Positions 1 through 11,311 of a DNA stretch of 64,000 nucleotides are shown here, piece after piece (the first letter of the stretch is position 1; each line of letters opens with the position of its first letter). The DNA is taken from contig LSRY02000031.1 in the NCBI GenBank assembly GCA_001643675.2, positions 310,001 through 374,000 on the forward strand, given 5' to 3'. Below the pieces are notes generated by a model. That model was given only the letters and a program-made list of their open reading frames with translations, did not search any database and was not told the origin of the DNA. A program made the translations under genes and the position numbers. The DNA is from Monocercomonoides exilis PA203. Taxonomy: Eukaryota > Protista > Preaxostyla.

Positions 1-1
1 A

Positions 2-556
2 ATATCAGCCACACACATTTGTGAACTGCTTGGAATAAGTGAAAACACAATTCATTCTTGGACGAGTGTTGTTTCAGTCAGATGCACATCAATATGGAAC
101 AAAAATCAAGCTTTCATTGGAGGACAGGGAAGAATTGCGGAGATCGAAGAAGATGTTTGGGGATGTAGAAAGGATGGGCGAGGGAAAAAGAAGAGGCAAA
201 TTTGGATATTTGGAGCTGTGGAAAGGAAACCAGAGGGATGTGCGGGGAAGAACTTCGTGATGATCGTGCCAAATAGAAAGGCTGAGACATTGGTTTTAAT
301 AATATAAGCCAAAAATCTTCCTGGAACTCGGATCATGAGCGATGAATGAAAGGCTTATGCCAGATTGAAAGATTATGTTCACGCTCATGACACTGTCTGT
401 CACAAACGAGAATTCAAAAACAAAATAATTCATTTCGGCACAAACACTGTCGAAGGTTTGTGGATGTATTTACGGAAATTTTTTCCAAGAACAGGATGCA
501 GAGAAAAGTATCTTTGTGATTTTTTGTCTTCGTGGCCAGTTAAAAAAATCTTATGA
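2..556 (+). pseudogene. Merlin (IS1016/ISXO2-like, DDE_Tnp_IS1595) transposase relic, 5'-truncated by the window edge
   Basis: Frame +2 reads LGISENTIHSW...FIGGQGRIAEIEED...GRGKKKRQIWIFGAVER...VPNRKAETL..II*..LPGTRIMSDE*KAY..L...HDTVCHKREF...TNTVEGLW, the Merlin motif order. It has two in-frame stops (TAA ~305, TGA ~347), so the ORF track shows only the last piece (365-556). Confidence 0.85.
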
Positions 557-1356
557 ATGCAATTTGAGGATCTTATAAAGGAAATCGTCTTCGATTGAAC
601 TGAAAAATGAAATGAATAGGATGAATGAAAAAGTGAAGAAAGTGAATCGACAGAATCAGAGCTAGAATCTGATATATAAGATGAAAATGATATTCTTTAA
701 ATAACAGAATTTTAAGAATCAGATTCACTAAAAGCTGGTAACGGTGCAAATGCATCAGAACTTGAACCCATGGAAGTTGATTAATCATTTTTTAAATTCT
801 TATGTTATAAAATTCATTCACCCATTTTTCCTCGATTTTTTATTTTTTGTTTTTGACTTTTTTGTCAACTTCCGCACATCATTAACGAATGCAAAAATGA
901 TATCTATCAAAAAGTTAACTCACATATTTATTTAATAGAAAAAAGGCCATTCCCATATATTGCTATCTTGCCTTTTTCTATAATTGTATATATCAATAAA
1001 CAGATAATTAATATTAGTTCGAATGAATACTTCACTTATTTAATTTTATTTTTTTAAAAAAACAATGAAATGCGAAAAACAATCGAAAAAATAGTTTAAA
1101 GCAGATAAAACTTGTAATTATAAAACTTCGTTGTAATTGTTTTATAGCCTTATAGTTAAAAACAAACAAAGAAAGAGAGTTAATTAAAAACGAGCAAAAC
1201 AAATGATCAAAAATAAATTTAAAAAATCCCTAGATATTCATCAAAAACGAAAATTGTGACAAAAAAATTCTAATACTGTCATAAAAACAGTGAAATAAAT
1301 ATATAAATGTTTGCCTTTTTTGTTTTTTCATCTATTTCTTCTGTTTCAACGGGCAA

Positions 1357-1793
<437 letters not shown>

Positions 1794-2639
1794 CGGGTTT
1801 TTAAAAATGTTCGGGTTAATAAATCACACTAATGTTTTCACATTTGCGATTGTCGTTCCGTGATATTCTGGTTTTTATATTTGCGCATTTATGTCTCATC
1901 AAAACATGTTGTTGAAATAAATTAATTATTTCTTATTTCGAACTTTTCGAAAGTCTCATTATTGTTCTTCAAAAAGCTTTTCTTCTTCCAAAGCTATGTT
2001 CCATGTTATTTCTTCACACAAATCAACACGTTCAACTTTGAACTGGCTTGATCATTTTGTTTTGAAAAAAATACTGGATTCTCAAATCATTTGATCAAGA
2101 ACCAAGAGTGTTTCATCAAAAACTCTTACAAATTCCATTATCTTTCAAACATAAGTTAAAAACTTTCAACATTTCATTTGTCTATTGATTGGTTCTGAAG
2201 AATGACCACATCAAACTTTATTGCGATTCTTTTCTATTCCGTTGAGAAAAACAGTTTTTTCAACATATTCTCATTTCAACATCATTTGCACAAACTTTTG
2301 TTTTTCGAATATGATCACATTCTTTTTTGAATACAAAATACAAACAATTTGGCTTTTTCAATTTTGATTTGTCACAAGCCCCTTTCTCAAAGATGTGTCA
2401 TCTCTTATGTGTGAAATATTGTCATTTTGTTTCAATAAAAGTTATTCAATGATGTTCACTTTAATTTTTGGATCCCACACATTATTTAAATCATTATTTG
2501 TTCCTTTTTCAACAGCAATGCAATATCATCTGAATGAGAAGAAAAAGTGTCTGAATGATGTTTTCAGAACAAGAATTGAATGACATTTCTTCTTTCTTTG
2601 GATGAGTTTGGCTTTCCAACTGATCATCCGGCTGCAGAC

Positions 2640-2784
<145 letters not shown>

Positions 2785-3514
2785 CCATCACAAACATTTC
2801 TGACCACGTTGATGGGCCGTCCATCTTGAATTTTCAAGTCTCGTCGAGTCCTTTCATTTCGAAGAATCTTCACAGATGAAAAAAATCAAATAAATCACCT
2901 CAATCGTTTTTCGCCTCAAAAGTGTGGCTCACTGGCTTTCATTGTTTTCTTATTCCTTCATTTAATCACCAGATGCATTGCCATATCTGCGATTGAATGG
3001 AAATAGCCATTGGCCGAAATGGAACCAATGGGAAAGAAACGGATAACATTGCACTTGGGATGTGTTGATAAAAATGACATGTGAAGTGTGCAAGACAACA
3101 AAACATTCAAAACATACAAAACAAACAAAACACACAAAACATTCAAAAACCATTGATTTCATCCATTTATCAATCATCCACACAAATATACCTCTTATGC
3201 CCAGCACCCTTCCTTTTCCAAAAATATGCCATTTTTTCCCATTCAAATATTACTGCTGACATTCCACTTCCTCTCCATCTCTCATTATCCTTCAGATACA
3301 ATCCTCAACACTTCGCTCCATCTGTTCTTTTGCTTTCCCTCATTCTCTTCTCTTCTTTTCCTTCTCCAGAGACTTCTTCTTCTTCCCCTTCTTCCTCTTC
3401 CTCCTCTTCCTCCTCCTCGTCGTTGTCGTCGTTGTCTTCTCCTTCATCTTCTTCCTCCTCTTCATCTTCATCTGTCCCGAAGTCGATGGCATCAGACAAT
3501 GTGAGCACAGCTGC

Positions 3515-6500
3515 TCACTTCGGGAACTTTTGGATGCATGCCCGCTTCACCCAAACAAGACTCGGCCGCTCCGATCCCTCCTGGCTCAGCAACAACTCAA
3601 TCACCTCCTCTGCCTTATTTCCCAGCATTGTCTTGCTGATCGGCCTTTCCCCATTCACAATCTTCTGTCCTGCCACCTCTGCCTCGTACTCCCCAAATGG
3701 CACCTCCAGCGTCAAACACTCCCACAGTATCATCCCAATCGAGAACACCACCGACTTTTCTGTTGCTCCCATCTTGCTCTTCATCATCAGTTCTGGCGCC
3801 TTCCACCTCAAGCACTCCTTTTTGAAATCGTCATCCTCATCCTCAAACGCAGATGAGGACAGAGAGTCACTATCATCATCGCCATCATCACTGGCAGATG
3901 TCACAACTGTTGATGAAGAGATGGATGATGAATCTGAATCATCATCTGACAATAAGTCAGAGTGCATCACAATGCAGATCACCATGTGTTCCGAGAATAG
4001 AACAATGTGTGGACTCAGATTATTCAATGACTGAAGTGGGTTTTCCATCTCGTCAAACGAGTGGAGTGCCCCATTCGCCACCCAGAACAACACCTGTGCA
4101 GCTGTTTGCTCTCTTTCTTTCAATGAGCCAATCGCCATCTCCTTCTTCTCGTTCCTCCCATGAAGCAGCATGAACAGCGAATCCCTCAAGTCAACAATCA
4201 ATTTTTCATGAGGAGACGAGCAGGCCATTGCATCTACCAGATTCGACATCGATGAGGTGGTTGGACAAAGATCTTCCCCTCGAACAAATGTGGATTCTGT
4301 GTCTGAAGTGTCTGTTGTTGAAGTGGATGAGATGGATGGTGATGGTGATCTCTTTTGAATCTCTTCTTCTACAACTTTCTCCAGCATCCATTCTGGAATC
4401 TTATCAGAGTCTCTTCCCAGAATGTATTCAGTCGATCCACACTCGCTCAACAAATGCTCTGATGATTCTAAGTGCTGAAGGCTTTTCTCATACACTCTCT
4501 TCTTCATCCTCTCTTCATTCTTCTTCTCTGCCTCCCTCTCTGCTCTCCTCCACTGCTCCTCAGGTGACATCTCCATCGTCACCATCTCAATCAGCTTTGG
4601 ATCCTTTCTGATGTTATCATTCACAATCTCCTCCAATTCCTCTGTTCTTCTCTTTTGTTTCCTCCATCTAACAGCCAATATCACTGCCACAATTATAATG
4701 ACAAGAAGAACAAATCCCATGATAATAACAATCAACAACAAATACGATTTCCCTTCTTTTCCTCCTTCAACAAGCTTTCCTTCTCCATTTGTTTTTGATT
4801 CGCTCTTGTTCTTCAGGATGAAAGAATCAGTTGATGATGGATTATTGCCATCTCCAAACTGAATGCACACACTCACCTCCACCCCTTCTCCTGCTTCCGT
4901 TATCATCTCTTTTGGCAGTTTCCCTTTAACTTCTGTCTCTGACACATATCCACTTATATCAAACTCATATTTTTCAATCTGCTTTTCTTCTCCCATCTGC
5001 TTCACAACCATGAATGACAAGTCGCATGGCAGCAGCTCCTTCCCTTTGAACACAATCTCCACTTCTTCTCCCACTTCCTTTGCTTCAACACTCTCCAGAA
5101 CTGGAATGAAGAATGAAGATGCTCTTTCAGATACAATCCCTTCTAAATTGCATCCTTCATTCAGAATCCAAAGTGATGAATTATCTTTAACCCCATCTCC
5201 TCCTTTCAAACTGGAAATAGCCAATGAGGCAGAATCAGAACAAATAATGTTTCTTCTCGCTGATGGATATTTCTCAATCGAAGGATTGTTGTTCTCAAAT
5301 CTTCCGTCTTTGATAAATATCATGCCTCCACTCACGCTCATTCCTCCCTTCGATGAGTTGCAAATCGTGGTGTCTCTCACAACTGCTTCACTCTTCGACA
5401 AGTCAACAACTGACCCATTCCATTTGCACACTTCATCAGAAATCTCATTCCCTTTTGTTCCTGTTTCCAGATTCCCCTCAAACACACACGACTCCATCAA
5501 TATCTTCTCTGCCAATGTTATCGCCACTTGGCTCCCCTTTGGTGACTCTGATGTGCACTCATGAAAAGAGCAGTTGCACATATCAAATCCACTCATCGGC
5601 TGACTTGTGCAAACAATGCAAGACCCATCACTCGATCGGCTGATGTTTCTGAATGAAGACAACACCAATGACAAAACGAGTGATGAGTGGCTGTTTTCAA
5701 GTGAGATCAGACTCCTTTTTTCCAACTCAATGCTTGTGGCTGCCAACTTCGAAATGCTCACTTTCTCACTTTTCCCACATTCAATCAATGAACTCTTGCA
5801 TTCCACATCATCCACTCCCACATCCTCAAATGTTGCCCTTTCTGAATGCAATATCTGAAACACTGGCTTCGAGAGTTTTAAGTGGCCAACACTGCATCGA
5901 TCTGCCTCAAATATCCCATCTTCAACAACAATCAGAGAAAATTCAAAAATGGTCTGTGTATTTTCTGCTGTTCTGCTCTCTGACAAGAATGAAACAGATT
6001 CCAGAATGAGAGATCCATTCAGCTGGTGTATCAAGCACGAGCAGACAATATTCTCCATTCCACCAAAAACAAATGACACCTTCTCAAATCGAACAGATTC
6101 CGAGGTTCTCACAACACCCTCATTCCCAAGTTCAATCTCTTTCACTTTTATCTCCCCATTCCTGCTTGCTTCCATCGACTTGATCGTCACCTTCTCAGCT
6201 GAACACGAGCCAGCCAATGTTGTTTCATTCCAGATCAATAACTGCGAATAATCCGATGGGATGATGTGGCTCACCCCAACATTCAGTGATCTGCATGTGC
6301 TCTTCATCTCCCCACACTGCTTGCTGTCGCTACTGTTCTCCACAATCGATGAAACAAATATGAATTCGCTCCTGAACACAAACACCCTCCTCAGAAGATC
6401 CTCTTCATCCCCATAATTGTCTGCTGTGCAACCCCATATCGCCAGCTCCCTCACAAATGGCTCCCCAAAGTTTATCAGGAACTGTGACTCATTTATCTGC

Positions 6501-9500
6501 GAGTCAAGATCTGTGCACTTCACAAACACATCTCTCCCCTTCGATGCAACATTCTCCTTGAATGTGATGTTCGACAGCACAAATGGCAATGCCTTCTGTG
6601 AGACACTCTGTGATTTCAAAAACATCCCTCCGCCTCTCCCAATGTTTGAACAGAAACACTCTGTCACATTTGTGTGATTCACTTCCAGTCTCCCCCCTCT
6701 CATTGAGAAAAAAAACACGCCTCCTCCTTCATGAGAACTTGTCGATCCACAATTGTTTATCGATGAATTCTCCATTTTCAATCTCACTTCATTTGGCACA
6801 TCACAACAAAGCAATGAGGGGTTGTTTGACACACTGTGCTTCGCATTCACAAATGTGCATTGTTCAAATTGAACATTCCACACTTCTTTTGCATTATCAT
6901 TCTCCCTTCCAGAAATCTCACTTTCACTCATCGCAATTGCACTTTTCCCACTCAATGAAATATCTTCAAATGTCACATTGTTCATGGTTGTTACACAATC
7001 AGCTGATATGCTCATTATCTCATGCATCGTTGAGAATCCAGCTATTTCTGTCTTTTCAATCGAAACAATTCCTTTCAATGCACTGATCAACACAAATGAC
7101 ACCTCACTTTCAGCATTGCCACTTGGATGAATTGTACAGCTCACAACACTCGTTTTGATTGCATCTGATCCTGTTTGGATGAGGGTGTTTGCTCCGTTGT
7201 CAAAGGAACTGGGGGTCAGAATCCCCAATTCACTGAACTGAACAACCCCTTTGCACTCAACAACAGCATCCCCATTCCCTTCAAGTGCTTGAGCAAATTG
7301 GATTTTGTCTGACTCCCCATTTGTTCCTTCCAGCTTCATCTCATTCATCTCAATCACATTCATCACATCACAAATCCCCTGAACTGCAATTGATTCAATC
7401 CCCAAGTTACTCCCTCGCTTCACTCCATAATCAACAGATCGGCATGGATACTCCCTCAACCCACACACAACAACATTGTTTCCTTCCTCTGCAATATAAA
7501 CACTCGATTCAATCTCTTTCCAGAAATAAATCAGTGGGATTGCACATTCCTTGTTTTCTCCATCATATCCCCTCATCGAGTCCTCTGTCAGCATCTCCAG
7601 TCTGCCTTTCACAAATGGAAGTGTTTCGTTCTTGATGCTCTTGGCAAGTGATGGAGATGAAATGAACAGATCCTTCCCATATTTCGCATTGTTTGGCTTC
7701 TCAGATGAAAAAACTGGTGAGGATATCACAAACTCTGCCTTTCCTTCTTCTTCTTCTTCTTTCAGTATCTTCAGCATTATTCCTCCTCCATATCCAACAC
7801 TTCCCTCTTCATATGGTGCTCTGCAACAATAAAACGAACACAAACTTATCAAAAGATTCGTTTTTGAAGATGCCTCACAAAAGAGTGCACCTCCTCCAAT
7901 CTCAGTTCCCTCCTCTCCAGCAACAGCACACCCTTCGAATGTGCAGTCATTTATTTTCACTTTGTAATCTCTTCCGTCATTATCATCAGCAGCATCATTG
8001 CTTGCAATGCTGATGCATCCTCCACTTCCCTTCAAACGAGTGATCGATGAAAATGTGCATCCTGACATCTCTTTAATAATCCCCTCATGGCACTCAACAA
8101 CACTCCCATCACCAAATGTGATTTCGGAAAAATCACAATGAGTCATATTCATCGAAGGCACACTTTCAGCATTCCCTTCAACAACAAATATAGATGAATC
8201 TCCAATTTTCATATTCTTTGAACCAAACTCACTCACCTCCACAGCCCCTCCAACAGCCTTCACAAACACTGTCGAAATAGGCTCAGTGCCTCCTTCCATC
8301 TCACATCCATTCAGTGTGAGCTTCCCTGAATGGCACTCAAACACACTCTCATGAAATGTCAGCGATTTCTTCAAAGAAAATACAATGCCAGTCACACACA
8401 CAGAAACTGTGTTTTTTATCAATCCACTTTGAGCTCCCTCTTTCTGATCACAAACATCACACTTCGTCTCATCCTCTTTGGGTGCAATGCTCCATTCATT
8501 TGACGTCAACCCCAATTCCTCCTCAAAAACAAATGGCTCAAGAAGAGCAACATCCTTTTTCTTCCCTTCAAAGTGGAGCGACACTGCCTTCGAAATGGAT
8601 GAGCACGGAAACTCTTCAAATCCACACTTCGAGAAATCATGGCTCAGTGATCCTCCTCCCACAAACGCTGGTGTAGAAAAGTTGTTCCACAAATAGATAC
8701 ACAGCGGAATTGGGAACGATTCATCCCCATTTTCATATCCCTGCATCTTGCTCTTTGTTTCCAATGAAGCTGTCAATGAAGTGATCTTCCCACTTGTTGC
8801 TGTTGATTCGAGATCGATCGAGTCAACAAAAATGTCACTTCCCCATCTGGCCCTGTTTCCTTCAAATCCTGATGAAATCAGAAACTCTGCATTTGTGTCT
8901 CTCACTTTCAGCCCAATCCCTCCTCCCCTCCCTTGAGTGACTGAGGCATAACAGTTCGTCACAACGCCTCCTTTCACATTCAATGAACTCCCACTTCCCA
9001 CTTCAACAATCATACCTCCTCCAAAATCACAGTCTTCACTCCCACAGCCATCAATCGTGCATCCTTCAAAAGTTATCGAATGTGACCCTTCACTCACACT
9101 CATCAGCGATGATCCTGCTGTTGTTCTCACAATGTTGCTGAACACACAGTTATCCAGAGACAATGTCACAGACGATTCTTGATGAAGAGATATCACACTT
9201 GTGATGCTGAATGTTTGTTCCCATCTCACATCTTGCATCTTCAACTCTCCCCCTTCCAGTTTCACAAGTGAGTTCTGAATGCTCCTCTCTTCCGAATGAG
9301 CTGAATCCATCGAAATATTCATTCGCTTCACATCCATCAACCCACTTCCCTCAACCTCAAACAAAATGCATCGCCTGTTGTTTTCATATGAGGTGTTGTG
9401 AATCAATGAAAGATCACTCACACTCAATATCTCTGTTCCAACACAAAACAGACTCAGTCCATTTGATTCAAATTTTGTTTCAATGGCTGAACCAGATGAA

Positions 9501-9784
9501 GAAGCCCCATTCACAGAGATTGTTATCTCTCCAATGTCAATTCCTTTGCCTTCCACAACTGTTCCAGAAAGCACTTTGATTTCCTCCACAAACCCTTCAA
9601 TCATTTGGGAAAGGCAATGGCTGATTGTGAGGCATGCACAACTTTCATTCAACCCACAGCTGAATGTGTCTGTTGCATTTTCCTGTGTTTGAACGGAAGC
9701 AACAAATCTGCTTCTTCCTCCTTCATTTGGAAGCCAATCACTTTTGTCTCCACCTGCATAATACCGATTTCCTGTTTCGCTCAT
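3515..9784 (-). CDS. Giant single-pass receptor: repeated Pmp/pectin-lyase-like beta-helix ectodomain modules, one TM helix and a C-terminal tyrosine-kinase-like pseudokinase
   Basis: 2089-aa ORF. Four CGxxExxCxS/T module starts, GGG/GGA..FxxNxA..GxD motifs, TM YLLLIVIIMGFVLLVIIIVAVILAV followed by RWRK, and kinase C-lobe RWKAPEL..TEKSVVFSIGMILWECLT..VPF...I.NGERP. No recognisable GxGxxG, HRD or DFG. Confidence 0.85.
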   Translation of the reverse strand: MSETGNRYYAGGDKSDWLPNEGGRSRFVASVQTQENATDTFSCGLNESCACLTISHCLSQMIEGFVEEIKVLSGTVVEGKGIDIGEITISVNGASSSGSAIETKFESNGLSLFCVGTEILSVSDLSLIHNTSYENNRRCILFEVEGSGLMDVKRMNISMDSAHSEERSIQNSLVKLEGGELKMQDVRWEQTFSITSVISLHQESSVTLSLDNCVFSNIVRTTAGSSLMSVSEGSHSITFEGCTIDGCGSEDCDFGGGMIVEVGSGSSLNVKGGVVTNCYASVTQGRGGGIGLKVRDTNAEFLISSGFEGNRARWGSDIFVDSIDLESTATSGKITSLTASLETKSKMQGYENGDESFPIPLCIYLWNNFSTPAFVGGGSLSHDFSKCGFEEFPCSSISKAVSLHFEGKKKDVALLEPFVFEEELGLTSNEWSIAPKEDETKCDVCDQKEGAQSGLIKNTVSVCVTGIVFSLKKSLTFHESVFECHSGKLTLNGCEMEGGTEPISTVFVKAVGGAVEVSEFGSKNMKIGDSSIFVVEGNAESVPSMNMTHCDFSEITFGDGSVVECHEGIIKEMSGCTFSSITRLKGSGGCISIASNDAADDNDGRDYKVKINDCTFEGCAVAGEEGTEIGGGALFCEASSKTNLLISLCSFYCCRAPYEEGSVGYGGGIMLKILKEEEEEGKAEFVISSPVFSSEKPNNAKYGKDLFISSPSLAKSIKNETLPFVKGRLEMLTEDSMRGYDGENKECAIPLIYFWKEIESSVYIAEEGNNVVVCGLREYPCRSVDYGVKRGSNLGIESIAVQGICDVMNVIEMNEMKLEGTNGESDKIQFAQALEGNGDAVVECKGVVQFSELGILTPSSFDNGANTLIQTGSDAIKTSVVSCTIHPSGNAESEVSFVLISALKGIVSIEKTEIAGFSTMHEIMSISADCVTTMNNVTFEDISLSGKSAIAMSESEISGRENDNAKEVWNVQFEQCTFVNAKHSVSNNPSLLCCDVPNEVRLKMENSSINNCGSTSSHEGGGVFFFSMRGGRLEVNHTNVTECFCSNIGRGGGMFLKSQSVSQKALPFVLSNITFKENVASKGRDVFVKCTDLDSQINESQFLINFGEPFVRELAIWGCTADNYGDEEDLLRRVFVFRSEFIFVSSIVENSSDSKQCGEMKSTCRSLNVGVSHIIPSDYSQLLIWNETTLAGSCSAEKVTIKSMEASRNGEIKVKEIELGNEGVVRTSESVRFEKVSFVFGGMENIVCSCLIHQLNGSLILESVSFLSESRTAENTQTIFEFSLIVVEDGIFEADRCSVGHLKLSKPVFQILHSERATFEDVGVDDVECKSSLIECGKSEKVSISKLAATSIELEKRSLISLENSHSSLVLSLVLSSFRNISRSSDGSCIVCTSQPMSGFDMCNCSFHECTSESPKGSQVAITLAEKILMESCVFEGNLETGTKGNEISDEVCKWNGSVVDLSKSEAVVRDTTICNSSKGGMSVSGGMIFIKDGRFENNNPSIEKYPSARRNIICSDSASLAISSLKGGDGVKDNSSLWILNEGCNLEGIVSERASSFFIPVLESVEAKEVGEEVEIVFKGKELLPCDLSFMVVKQMGEEKQIEKYEFDISGYVSETEVKGKLPKEMITEAGEGVEVSVCIQFGDGNNPSSTDSFILKNKSESKTNGEGKLVEGGKEGKSYLLLIVIIMGFVLLVIIIVAVILAVRWRKQKRRTEELEEIVNDNIRKDPKLIEMVTMEMSPEEQWRRAEREAEKKNEERMKKRVYEKSLQHLESSEHLLSECGSTEYILGRDSDKIPEWMLEKVVEEEIQKRSPSPSISSTSTTDTSDTESTFVRGEDLCPTTSSMSNLVDAMACSSPHEKLIVDLRDSLFMLLHGRNEKKEMAIGSLKEREQTAAQVLFWVANGALHSFDEMENPLQSLNNLSPHIVLFSEHMVICIVMHSDLLSDDDSDSSSISSSTVVTSASDDGDDDSDSLSSSAFEDEDDDFKKECLRWKAPELMMKSKMGATEKSVVFSIGMILWECLTLEVPFGEYEAEVAGQKIVNGERPISKTMLGNKAEEVIELLLSQEGSERPSLVWVKRACIQKFPK

Positions 9785-11311
9785 TGAAACGCTAAATAAA
9801 GAGATTGATTATGATACTGCTGTTACAACAGCAATGTCATTTCCCAAAGAGGCTTTGTTTTTGTGAAAAAAGCAATACATAACATTAATTCCTGCAAAAG
9901 AGGAATTCATATTGAAAGCAATTCCTCCTCCTCTTAGAGAAGAGTTACAATGACTGAAGTGGTAATTGTAAATTTTCATCATTGATGATGGAAACCAATG
10001 CATAATTCCTCCTCCATCTGTGTTTGCTCCATCCATTATTGCTGAGCAGTTGATGAATGAACATCCAATTACATTGTTATCGTTTTTTGTGCATTGACAT
10101 GACCACATGACAATTCCTCCTCCATTATATGTTGAATATCCATCTTTAAAAAGGCAATCTTCAATAAAATGTTGAACGCTGATGTTTCTGATCTGAATTC
10201 CTGCACCTCCTCCGCCTGAACTTGCTTGACAAGAACAGCCAATAAATGAACAATGTTTCATTACACATTCAGCAATATTCAGTGCATACACACCACCGCC
10301 ATGAAACGATGTTGCTTGGCAATTTATAAATGATGAATTTTCAACAGTTAATGTTGCACTTGAATTATCATGAATAAATAATGCTCCTCCAAATTCATCA
10401 TTACAGCCTCCAAACTCACAATTCACATAGCAACTCGTTTCAGTCGAAGTTTCCCTCAATGTGTTTTTTGTATTTAACAGTTCTCGAATGATGTTTGAAA
10501 GTGTGGAATTGAAACATGTGAAAGATTGTCATCTTTGAAGTCCGTTCACAACCAATCCATTCAAAACATCAATGGAGTCCCACATTTCACTATTTCTCAA
10601 AGAACTGCATAGAATTGACTTCTTTTGAAATTTTATGTTCCCAAAGTTGTCATTTTTTGAAATGTTTGAAAGCAAACAGTTTGATAATCGTTCCAAAGCA
10701 CCAATTCCATTTGAAAAAATACCTCCATTTCCATCAAAAACAATATTTCTGATTGCAAAGCAAGACACAAAAACTTTTGCATCGAAAGAGCTCATATTAA
10801 CTACGCCTGAGACAAAACTGTTTTCAAATCGAATCTTTAAAGTGAAGTTGAAGAGTGACACCATTCCATTTGAAGAAATGAATGAAAGTGATTGACAACC
10901 AGAGTATTTGCAAAAGTGACAATTTTCAACAATCAATTTTGAATGAGAAGTAACTTTCATGATTTCGTTTTGATTTGTTTGTTTCAATGAAACATCGATA
11001 ATTTTGAATGAAGAATTATTCAAAATAAAATATGTTGAGGTATGAGCTGTTTTCAATTTGTCCGAATTATATTTGCAAATTCCGAAATTCCTTTTTGAAA
11101 ATGCCTCATTTGTTGTAAAATGAAAATTATTTTTTGACTCATCTGAAGAAAGATTTTCATTTCTTTCAATATTCTTTTCAGATGGAGTATTATTGGGGTA
11201 ATGTTCAAAACAATTATTTGATTCAAAGATACATAAAAATTCAGATCTTAGTTCCTGGGTTTCGATTAAAATAATGAAAAATGAGATTATTCCAAGAGAA
11301 GGTTTCGCCAT
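9785..11311 (-). pseudogene. N-terminal part (signal peptide plus first beta-helix module) of the same receptor frame, separated by two in-frame stops
   Basis: ORFs 10529-11311, 9809-10459 and 3515-9784 share one frame. The gaps translate LQR*QSFTCFNSTLSNIIRELLNTKNTLRETST and AVS*SISLFSVSMSETG. The N-terminus MAKPSLGIISFFIILI is signal-like; GGALFI/GGGVY/GGGI and CFFHKNKA motifs follow. Confidence 0.8.

Noticed and set aside
1800-2600. Possible decayed gene between the microsatellites
   Set aside because: No sustained frame or motif recognised.
3081-9787. Many plus-strand ORFs overlapping the receptor gene
   Set aside because: Antisense shadows of a long coding sequence; no motifs.
9809-9811. 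TAA/TAG=Gln genetic code (as in some oxymonads)
   Set aside because: ORFs of 900-2000 aa contain no internal TAR, several genes end in TAA/TAG, and the other internal stop is TGA.
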